A stretch of 64,000 bases of DNA, taken from assembly GCF_006345805.1 (NCBI RefSeq), contig NC_042997.1, forward strand, positions 164,300,001 to 164,364,000, read 5' to 3'. The notes beneath the pieces were generated by a model that did no database searches, was not told the DNA's origin, and worked only from the letters and a program-made list of their open reading frames with translations. Positions 52,965 to 64,000 of this stretch are shown in pieces. How positions within the stretch are numbered: position 1 is the stretch's first letter; every line of letters begins with the position of its first letter. The position numbers and the translations under genes are program-made. Source of the DNA: Octopus sinensis. Lineage: Eukaryota.

Positions 52965-53170
52965 GGAGGTGCATGGCTTAGAGGTGATTGTAAGATTGTG
53001 GTCCTGATTCTTGGATCAGGTGATGCATTGTACTCTCGAGCAAAACACTTCATTTCACATTGCTCCAGCCCACTCAAATGGGAAAAATGAGTAATTCTGT
53101 GACAGAGCAGCATCCCACCAAGGGAAGAATATACATACACCAGAGAAACTAGGAAACCAACACTATGCTC
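52965..53170 (+). mobile_element. tRNA-derived SINE family C (CORE/V-like body)
   Basis: gcatggcttag...gagcaaaacacttcatttcacattgctccagcccactc. Homologs at 29745-29935(-) and 57335-57520(+). Confidence 0.6.
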
Positions 53171-53465
53171 CGTACAAAGTAGTGTGAACTAACAATATAT
53201 GTATATATATATTATCATCATCATCATTTAACAGCCATTTTCCATACTGGCATGGGCTGGATAGTTTGACAGGAGCCGTCTAGGCAGAAGACTGCACCAT
53301 GATTCACTGTCTTTTTTGGCATAGTTTTACGGCTGAATGCCCTGCAGAGTGGGCTATATATGTGTGTGTGTGTGGTGTGTGTGTGTGTGTGTGTATGTAT
53401 ATATATACGTACATGTATATATGTGTGTGTGTGTGTGTGTGAGTATATATAAATATGTATGTATA

Positions 53466-53543
<78 letters not shown>

Positions 53544-53565
53544 GATGTATATGTATATATATGTA

Positions 53566-54135
53566 CATGGTGCTGTGAATAAACTTTTGTCTAAATTATG
53601 CAAAAATGAAAATAACACTGACATCTCATTTTAACAGATATATTTACCAAAATTACATAAAAATAGCTTGAAATACTAAATAGTAAATTTATTCAATAAA
53701 ATTGCTATTGGCTTCAACCATGGCCTCCAGATGACTTCGAAATCTCCTGTAACTCTTCTGGATGGTCTCTTTGTTTAAATTGGTGAATGCTGCCATAATC
53801 CTTGCTTTCATTTTATCTTTGGTGCTATAAGGTGTTTTGTTGGTCTCTTGCTCAACTGAACCCCACACATAATAATCAAGAGGGTTGCAGTCTGGAGAGT
53901 TAGGTGGCCAGATGTTAGGAGTGATGTGGTCGCAGAAATTGTCTGACAGCCATGACTGGCTTCTCTTGCTTGTGTGGCATTGTGCAGAGTCCTGTTGCCA
54001 GGCATAGAGTCTTCCAGCAGCCACCCTCTTAACCCAGGCACTTGATGTAGGCATCTGTATTGTGTATGAGGTCGTATGGAAAGATGAATGGAGGCATAAC
54101 ATCCCCATCACTAGTGATCACTCCAAACAACATGA
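53566..54135 (-). mobile_element. Second maT-type transposon fragment (3' half)
   Basis: ORF 53689-54111 homologous to 17927-18280 (WQQDSAQCHTS...PDCNPLDYYVWG...EANSNFIE); degenerate TIR near 53566. Confidence 0.9.
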
Positions 54136-54404
54136 TGTTGAGTAGATGTTTGATTTTTATTAATCTCAGTACATGTTTTGGGGACATGACAAACACTCAG
54201 ATTGACACTCAAACACTCTTAAATGTTCATATTGGAGCTTCCAGTGCGAATACCAAGCAGTACAACATATCATTTCCAAAATTTCTGGCAGAGTAAATTG
54301 TGTCATGGTGCTGTTTTTTTCACAGATGGTGCCCAACTGACCCTACAATACTGTGTAGTTGACAAAATCAAAAACAAACAATATGAAGTGGTTACAATTT
54401 ACCC

Positions 54405-54840
54405 ATGAACTATTGAAAAATCTGCAGTTACCCTATCCAAATTACAAGTTCAGGTTTATACCTGTAATTATTAGGGCCCTGGTATATGTAACACACTATC
54501 TAAATACCAATCTTAAGAAATTAGGCTTCCCAAAATCAGAAAGGAGAAAGCTAATTCGAAGACTACAGTTCCAATCCATCACTGGAACTGTAAAAATCTG
54601 TAAAACTTTCCATAAGTTTATCATTTAAATATATATGATCATGTCTAAATATGCAACTATATGCATGAGAATACATACATAATGCAAAATATAGAAATCT
54701 GCACACATACATACATACATACATACAAGCAAAAAAAAACCCTGTTGTTGATGTTAAATTCCAATGAAGGAGCCTTGAATCTAGGTTAGAAACTGGCTCT
54801 TTCTTTATTGGCAAGAAATCTAGAAATAAAACTGAACAAT
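54405..54840 (+). mobile_element. R4-like LINE 3' end with 3' UTR
   Basis: ELLKNLQLPYPNYKFRFIPVIIRAL...ITGTVKICKTFHKFII*, then a UTR matching 40570-40680. Confidence 0.85.
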
Positions 54841-57544
54841 GTCATACATACATACATACATACGTACATACATACATACAACATACATACATACGTACAT
54901 ACATGCATGCATGCATGCATACATACATACATACATATATACATACATACATACATACATACATACATACATACATACATACGTATATGCATACATATGT
55001 GCATATATGTATATATATACACACACACACATATACATATATATGTATGTATATATATATACATATTTATATACACATGAATATATATCTTTATCTCATT
55101 CACTCACACATGAATATGCATGTGTGAATATATGCATATTCATGTGTGTGTGTATTTGCAACCATGTACATTTATATGCATAGTTGCATATATGTAAATG
55201 TAAGTGAAGGAATATATGCATGTATGTACATATGCATACATACATATTACATATGTGCATGCATGCATGCATGCATACATGCATACATACATATATACAT
55301 ACACACATACATACGTACATACATACATACATACATACATACATACATACATACATACATACATACATACATACATTTGTATGCACTCATACACAGACAA
55401 ACACACATGTATACACACATTTATTCCTATTCATATAAATACACCTATGCACCGTTTATTGGAGTTTTGCCAGTGGTAGGTTAAAATTTAAGGAGCAAAA
55501 TTTCATTATCAGATCGTCTTTTCAACATTTCAACTCCTTCTACCATAGATTATAGAATATTAATGTGTTAGTGAGAAGATTAATTCAAGTAAAGTAGAAA
55601 TTATAGCTGTAAGCAAGTTATATTTCAGTTTAATTTTATAAGAAATTTCATGCCTTATATATGGTTAAATTCAGAGATTTAACTTGAGTAATTTGGTGAG
55701 GATTTTTTTTTTTTTTTTTTATGTTAGTAGCAATAATGGTTTGAAGATTGTATTCCAGTATAGCAGACTATGCCATGACGGCTAGCTCACACTAAAGAAA
55801 TAAAATAGTGTGCAAGTTACATCATCTCAAGCATTATCATTTGAATTACATTAAATTTACTGAAAAAAATTATAATATAAAATGAAATATTACAACTTGA
55901 GAAATATTTTCTTTTCATAAAGAAACATTAAATTAGAATGGAAATTTTATAGTCATTTTATGAGCAAGGACATCTTATTAATTTAATAAAAGCTTCTTAT
56001 TTCTTTCTATCCACTTTTTTTTCATTCACAAAGTAGCCTCTCTGTTTTTAGATGAGCCAGTGAAGAAACGTCTGTGTGGGTGATGTATCAGCCAGAAATT
56101 ACAACTAAAACTGCCCTCAAATTACACATCATCATCTTAAGAAAGGAAGGATGCATTGAAGACTGTAGACATAGATATACAAAATGAAGAGATGATTATG
56201 GCTGGAATGACTAAAAGTTTTGGCTTGATCAATCAAGGCTGACTTGGGATTAAAAAAAGACACTGTTTCTAGATATAGCTCCCCTATGATAAAGAAATAT
56301 GATGTTTTTCCAGATGCGATTTCAAATCAAGTAAGATTTTTCTAAGATCTTGAGAATAATTTAATTTCGAAAAGTTGTTTTCATATATTTTAGAGAAAAA
56401 AAAATAACTGAGAAAAATTACTTAGATGCACCATCTGCAATAAAAATAATAGCCAAGGTAGTTTTACCATATTTAATGCCATGAGTCTTAATGAACTAAT
56501 TAGGAATAATTATGCTGTGAGGAAAAGACTATTAATCAATGACCAAGGCAATGTGATTAAGAAGTTTGCTTCACACCTGTGTAGTTTTGAGTTCAGTTTC
56601 TCTGCATTGTACTCTTATTGTTATATATTATTACCTTTGGCCAACCAATGCCTTGTGAATGAATTTGGTAGGCAGAAACAGTGAGAAAACCTGTTTTGTG
56701 TGTGTGTGTGTGTGCGCACGCACTTGTGTGTGTATGTGTTTACATGTGTATCTTCACCACCAGACCAATAGTATTAGTTTGTTTGTGTCTCTGTAACTTA
56801 ACAGTTCAGCAAAAAGACTAACAGAATAAGTACTACTCTTCAAAAATTAGTACTAGGATCTCTTTGTTCAACTAAATCTTTTAAGATGGTATCCTAACAT
56901 GAAACAAGTAAAAGAATAAAATAATATTCTGGCAAATGTGGGAGACAACCCCAGGCATGTTTTAATGTTATTAAATTTCCTCAGTGAAGCATAGATTTCA
57001 CTGTACTTGCCAAAGTATTTTTTTTTTGTTAGTTTCTCTGCTGTTCTTACAAAAGTATTAAGCTGTCTAAAGACACTTGTAACACTCAGGTAGTGAAAAA
57101 TGACATCAACTAGAAAATCATACCACATCACAGATTAGGCTTGGGAAGAGTCTTATCACCGCTATGAGAGTTATAAGAGATTAGACAGATAAATACATAG
57201 GAAATAAATCAATCGATAAAAAGAATTAAAGACAAGATAATTCGGAAAGTTATAGTTTAAAGTTTACCAGAGTCTACGATATTGCAAACATTCAGAATAT
57301 GTTTAGAGGATCCCAATCTGTTGCAGGTGAAGATGCTTAGTGTAATGGTTAAGGTTTTGAACTAAAGATTAGTAGATCATAGGTTCAATTTTTGAACTGG
57401 GCAGCACATTGAGTTCTTGAGCAAGACTCTTGTTTTTGTGTTGCACCACTAAACTCGGCAGAAAATGAATGCAAGTGATACTTGGGGATTAGCCCTGTAG
57501 CTGATTGGTGTTCTGGTCAATGGGAAGTTTTATATACTAAATTA

Positions 57545-57766
57545 GTCTCCACCACTTTTTGTCTATGGACCCCTTTGATTCCTATTTAATTTTACTGGTC
57601 CCACATAGCCATTCAATTTGTGTAAAAAAACATCCTACTGTATTTTATAATTAAATATTATTAGGAAAATAATTTGTGTATTGTAGAAGTATAAGAAATT
57701 TATTGCACATAAATTTTAACAAAATTTTATATAGGGTCATGTAGACCCCAGTAGAGAACCACTAAT
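57545..57766. mobile_element. Possible hAT (Charlie-like) MITE, decayed
   Basis: Right end gtagagaaccacta resembles GGTTGAGAACCACTG; left end degenerate. Confidence 0.4.
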
Positions 57767-58776
57767 CTAAACCTTAAATATCTTGACAATTTGGATATGA
57801 TCTGATTACATGAGGCTGTTTGCTTGAGGCAAACTATTTTTACTTTGTTGAAAGCATTCAGACCAGATTTCAAGATTGCAAGATTGAGAGAAACCTGATA
57901 CCTTAATCTGTTGCTTCCTAATATCTCATTGTTTTTTTAGCTTTTTTTAAAAAAAAATTTCCTACTTCTTACTCCAATCTATTAGCCATTGAGATTCTGC
58001 AAAGGTCATGTGTACTGATTAAATCATAAAAGTTTTATTTTCTTTAAAAATTCAAACTTAAGTGATAATCCCAAAAACAGGTACTTCATTTGTTATTATC
58101 AACGAAGTATATTTGCTTGTAATGTTTACAACAATGCAAGCCCAGAAATCGAAATATATTAATAAATTTTCAATGTGTCATGATGTAGAAAATGATGAAG
58201 TGATAAGAATGTTAGCAGTTATAAATTAATTGAACTTAAACTACCGGAAGAAATACAAGTGCTATCAATATCAGGCATAACAACAATAACTTAGCTCGAA
58301 GATGACATTAATGTGCTATGGAATCACAAAGAGCTAACACCAATAACTGATGATGCATTACTTATAGCTGATATAAATTTAACATAAAATGTAAATAACG
58401 CACAACATCAATAATCTATGACAACCATGATTTACGGCACCATTATCATTAGGTCAATGACAGCAGTAATAATGATTTCTTAGATTGGTACCATTTTAAT
58501 AAATCTGGAGAAAGCTGATTGAATTTATGCCCTAGTATATTACTAGTACACCGATATTTATTTTGATCACTGTGGAGGAAGAAAAGAAATGACAAACCCA
58601 GCATGGCTTAAACTCAGATCTGCAAGAATCTTTTATTTTTTTTTTTTTTGCTTGTTTCAGTCATTGGCCTGTGGCCTTGCTGGGGTACCACCTTGAAGGG
58701 TTTAAGTTGAAAAAAACTAATCCAAGTATATATGTGTGTTTGTGCATGTATATGTGAATCTGTGTATAAATTCATA

Positions 58777-58818
<42 letters not shown>

Positions 58819-58819
<1 letters not shown>

Positions 58820-61800
58820 CGTGCTGTGGGCACATAGCAAACACCATCCGATCGTGGCCGTTCGCCAGCCTCATCTGGCACCTGTGTCGGTGGCACATAA
58901 AGACACCATCCGAAGACCCGGCAAGACTAGTCGGGCCATAAACCATGGCCCCTACCTGGGACGTAGTCAGTCCACCTGTGCATACCTCCCTTCTTGTGAC
59001 ACTTGTGAAGACCTGTTGAAGCAAGTGAAAATCAAAACAAATCAAAATAGATGAATATCAATGGAATTTGTATCTTTGTGGTACCAGTGCCGGTGGCACA
59101 CAAGAAAACCATCCGAACGTGGCCGTAGCCAGTACTGCATCGACTGGCCTCCGTGCTGTGGGCACGTAACAAACACCATCCGATCGTGGCCGTTCGCCAG
59201 CCTCATCCGGCACCTGTGTCGGTGGCACATAAAAACACCATCCGAAGACCCGGCAAGACTAGGCACTTGTGTCGGTGGCACATAAAAACACCATCCGAAG
59301 ACCCGGCAAGACTAGTCAGGCCATAATCCGTGGCCCCAACCTGGGACGTAGTCAGTCCACCTGTGCATACCTTCCTTCTTGTGACACTTGTGAAGACCTT
59401 TTGAGGCAAGTGAAAGTGAAAATCAAAATAAAATAGATGAACATCAATGGAATTTGTATCTTTATGGTACCAGTGCCGGTGGCACACGAGAAAACCATCC
59501 GAACGTGGCCGTAGCCAGTACGGCATCGACTGGCCTCCGTGCTGTGGGCACGTAACAAACACCATCCGATCATGTCCGTTCGCCAGCCTCATCAGGCACC
59601 TGTGTCGGTGGCACATAAAAACACCATCTGAAGACCCGGCAAGACTAGTCAGGCCATAACCCGTGGCCCCTACCGGGGACGTAGTCAGTCCGCCTGTGCA
59701 TACCTTCCTTCTTGTGACACTTGTGAAGACCTGTTGAGGCAAGTGATCAAATCAAAACAAATCAAAATAGATGAACATCAATGGAATTTGTATCTTGTGG
59801 TACCAGGGCCGGTGGCACACAAGATAACCATCCGAACATGGCCGTAGCCAGTACCGCATCGACTGGCCTCTGTGCTGTGGGCTCATAACAAACACCATCC
59901 GATCGTGGCCGTTCGCCAGCCTCATCTGGCACCTGTGTCGGTGGCACATAAAAACACCATCCGAAGACCCGGCAAGACTAGTCAGGCCATAACCCGTGGC
60001 CTCTACCTGGGACGTAGTCAGTCCACCTGTGCATACCTTCCTTCTTGTGACACTTGTGAAGACCTGTTGAGACAAGTGATCAAATCAAATCAAATCAAAT
60101 CAAAATAGATGAACATCAATGGAATTTGTATCTTTGTGGTACCAGTGCCGGTGGCACACAAGAAAACCATCTGAACATGGCCGTAGACAGTACCGCATCG
60201 ACTGGCCTCCGTGCTGTGGGCACGTAACAAACACCATCCATCTGGCACCTGTGTCGGAGGCACATAAAAACATCATCCGAAGACCCGGCAAGACTAGTCA
60301 GGCCATAACCCGTGGTCCCCTACCTGGGACGTTGTCAGTTCACCTGTGCATACCTTCCTTCCTTCTTGTGACACTTGTGAAGACCTGTTGAGGCAAGTGA
60401 AAATCAAATCAAATCAAATCAAAATAGATGAACATCAATGGAATTTGTATCTTTGTGGTACCAGTGCCGGTGGCACACAAGAAAACCATCTGAACATGGC
60501 CGTAGACAGTACCGCATCGACTGGCCTCCGTGCTGTGGGCACGTAACAAACACCATCCGATCGTGGCCGTTCGCCAGCCTCATCCGGCACCTGTGTCGGT
60601 GGCACATAAAAACACCATCCGAAGACCCGGCAAGACTAGGCACTTGTGTCGGTGGCACATAAAAACACCATCCGAAGACCCGGCAAGACTAGTCAGGCCA
60701 TAATCCGTGGCCCCAACCTGGGACGTAGTCAGTCCACCTGTGCATACCTTCCTTCTTGTGACACTGTGAAGACCTTTTGAGGCAAGTGAAAGTGAAAATC
60801 AAAATAAAATAGATGAACATCAATGGAATTTGTATCTTTATGGTACCAGTGCCGGTGGCACACGAGAAAACCATCCGAACGTGGCCGTAGCCAGTACGGC
60901 ATCGACTGGCCTCCGTGCTGTGGGCACGTAAAAACACCATCCGATCATGTCCGTTCGCCAGCTCATCAGGCACCTGTGTCGGTGGCACATAAAAACACCA
61001 TCTGAAGACCCGGCAAGACTAGTCAGGCCATAACCCGTGGCCCCTACCGGGGACGTAGTCAGTCCGCCTGTGCATACCTTCCTTCTTGTGACACTTGTGA
61101 AGACCTGTTGAGGCAAGTGATCAAATCAAAACAAATCAAAATAGATGAACATCAATGGAATTTGTATCTTGTGGTACCAGGGCCGGTGGCACACAAGATA
61201 ACCATCCGAACATGGCCGTAGCCAGTACCGCATCGACTGGCCTCTGTGCTGTGGGCTCATAACAAACACCATCCGATCGTGGCCGTTCGCCAGCCTCATC
61301 TGGCACCTGTGTCGGTGGCACATAAAAACACCATCCGAAGACCCGGCAAGACTAGTCAGGCCATAACCCGTGGCCTCTACCTGGGACGTAGTCAGTCCAC
61401 CTGTGCATACCTTCCTTCTTGTGACACTTGTGAAGACTGTTGAGACAAGTGATCAAATCAAATCAAATCAAATCAAAATAGATGAACATCAATGGAATTT
61501 GTATCTTTGTGGTACCAGTGCCGGTGGCACACAAGAAAACCATCTGAACATGGCCGTAGACAGTACCGCATCGACTGGCCTCCGTGCTGTGGGCACGTAA
61601 CAAACACCATCCATCTGGCACCTGTGTCGGAGGCACATAAAAACATCATCCGAAGACCCGGCAAGACTAGTCAGGCCATAACCCGTGGTCCCCTACCTGG
61701 GACGTTGTCAGTTCACCTGTGCATACCTTCCTTCCTTCTTGTGACACTTGTGAAGACCTGTTGAGGCAAGTGAAAATCAAATCAAATCAAATCAAAATAG

Positions 61801-62225
61801 ATGAACATCAATGGAATTTGTATCTTTGTGGTACCAGTGCCGGTGGCACACAAGAAAACCATCCGAACGTGGCCGTAGCCAGTACGGCATCGACTGGCCT
61901 CCGTGCTGTGGGCACGTAAGAAACACCATCCGATCGTGGCCGTTCGTCAGCCTCGTCTGGCACCTGTGTCGGTGGCACATAAAAACACCATCCGAGCATG
62001 GCCGTTCGCCAGCCTCGCCTGGCACCTGTGTCGGTGGCACATAAAATCACCCACTACACTCTCGGAGTGGTTGACGTTAGGAAGGGCATCCAGCTGTAGA
62101 AACACTGCCAGATCTGACTGGCCTGGTGCAGCCTTCGGGCTCCCCAGACCCCAGTTGAACCGTCCAACCCATGCTAGCATGGAAAGCGGACGTTAAATGA
62201 TGATGATGATGATGATGATGATGAT
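58819..62225 (+). repeat. Tandem array of ~333-bp monomers ending in an RTE-tailed SINE
   Basis: Marker gaagacc recurs at 59007, 59392, 59725, 60058, 60379, 60768, 61099, 61432 and 61752 (spacings 385, 333, 333, 321, 389, 331, 333, 320). SINE core and tail at 62045-62225. Confidence 0.95.
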
Positions 62226-64000
62226 AAATATATGACTGTCTATATTCTGTGCAACTTCCCTCTACATCCCCTACACTTTGAAAATATACATAGCTTTGGT
62301 CCTAATTTGCTATCATGTCATAGCATTTCTAAAGCGAGTTGATTGATTACCAACCATCTTCTCCTATAATTATGAAGCCCTTGATTTCAAGAATTAAAAG
62401 GAGCTGCAGAACTTATAACTTTAACCATGAGTGTTAATGACTGCAAAATATGCTGAGCAACAGAATTAATTCCAGGTTGCTGTCTCAGCATGTGGGCAAA
62501 TACAGTAGTAGCAAACGGCTACAGAATAGCTAAGGTGGAATTTGAAACCAAATCCACATTTTTATACATTGTCAAGCAAATCTTCAGTCTGTTGATTTAG
62601 CCTTAATGCACTTCCAGATTAATGAGAAAAAGTTGATCTTTTGATATTTCTCAAGTCATTCTTTGATCAATTCTGATTAAGGATGAAGAACCCTATTGTT
62701 TAGCTCAACTTACTTTAGTCAGCAAGTTATAAAAACACAAGCAAATAGCTATCTTCTACTTAGTCAATTTACTGAGGACAGACAGCATCTCTGTCAGTAT
62801 GCTGATCAATACATACAAAGGTAGACCTCTTAATATATTATTCTACCTTGATTGTTTTATTCTGTCTTTCTCTTTAACAGCACAAGGATGAAGCTAGCTC
62901 CCACATACAAAGATCATGGAACCAGAGACAAATATTCTACTGCATGCACAAAAAGCTGTGTACACAAACAAACAACCAGATAAGATTGTATATTTCTTAT
63001 ATATTGTAATAACTAATATTATAATCATCTTCAAAGTTGTAATGACATGATAATTGATATATAATAAATGGCCTTATTAATAATCAAGTAACTATTGTTT
63101 TCCAATCATTTCTGTTCTACATTATCACATTTAGCCCTTTTGATACCAACCTGCCTGAAGCCAGCCTTGGTTCCATGATACAAACCTTTAAATTAAAATC
63201 TTCCATCAAAATTTCAGGTTAATTTATGTTCTAAATACCAGTTTAATTGCGATAATTATTTGTGTAAATTTTTCAGTGTTTTTAAAATTAACTGAAACAA
63301 AGTTGGTCTATTTCAACAGTAATATGGTAACGAAAGGGTTAAATATTATCATTACACAGTATATACTCTCTACTGCTCACATATGGATGCAAAATGGTTA
63401 AGAAGTTTGTTTTATAATCCTGAGGTCCAAAGTTTAATCGCACTGATTAATGCTTACCCATAATGCTTGGCATTACGGGTAAGTGTCTTGTGTCTTTTAC
63501 CATTACCTCAGATCAATCTAATGGAAACTAGGAAGACAGAAACTGTGCACAAGCTCATTGAATGGATTGTACATGTCATTCAAAGGTAGTCTTTTCACAC
63601 TGTGTCATGCTGATCCTGCCTCAGATCTACATTACAGAAACAGGTGTCTGTATAATTCTTATCCACTTCCATGCTAATTCAATGAGCAGATAATCCAAAT
63701 GGACAAACAACTCAATTGATTTCAATGATGGATCCTCTTTATAGAAATCAACAGAATTCACTAACTCATTACTTTACAATGCTCACAAACTGATGAGAGA
63801 GCTTTTAGATGATTCTTCAACCTGCTAGAAATAACAGCTAAATCTGCTATAAATTGCAACCTACTATACACATTAGTAATGTTGTCCAGATACACTATGT
63901 CTGAAACAGTTGGAATGCCTTTGATGATTACAGATTTCCTTGACTAAGCAACCACAAAAACAGTGGCAATGATGCACACAAGCTAATGTGAACACTATTG

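Noticed and set aside
58130-58390. Protein-like plus-strand stretches (ELKLPEEIQVLSISG; LEDDINVLWNHKEL)
   Set aside because: Interrupted by stops and frame changes; no family assignable.
58819-62045. CRISPR-like appearance of the repeat array
   Set aside because: Inter-repeat sequences are themselves repeated, monomers are ~333 bp, no cas genes, eukaryotic context.
58614-62196. Many MCHRHRCQ / MPPTQVPD ORFs, also at 33000-34327 and 24954-25412
   Set aside because: Recurrent frames of the SINE monomers with no domain signature, open in several frames on both strands.
62881-62990. Strong plus-strand acceptor followed by MEPETNILLHAQKAVYTNKQPDKI
   Set aside because: Weak donor, implied upstream intron only 60 nt, no homology recognised.

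Overview
AT-rich, microsatellite-dense eukaryotic DNA. The SINE families and repeat landscape suggest a coleoid cephalopod such as Octopus; this is my recognition, not a database result. I found no confident host gene, only a few weak exon candidates. The window is a patchwork of decayed retroelements (RTE, R4-like REL-endonuclease, I-like and CR1-like LINEs), three or more SINE families, maT/mariner remnants, MITEs and long microsatellites. Most long ORFs in the track are microsatellite or SINE artefacts. Main result: a young Penelope-like element (PLE; RT + GIY-YIG, minus strand, 27400-28820) bracketed by ~455-500 bp inverted repeats, each carrying a complete type I hammerhead ribozyme fold. 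Two further fold-backs in (TA)n context also carry hammerhead folds: a solo one at 19.5-19.8 kb, and one at 36.5-36.8 kb with an unusual 59-nt branched stem II, next to a second decayed PLE. Second theme: an RTE-tailed SINE whose 5' region has expanded into tandem arrays at three scales (26 bp, ~60 bp, ~333 bp). The largest is a 3.4-kb array with a duplicated ~1373-bp four-monomer block at 58.8-62.2 kb.
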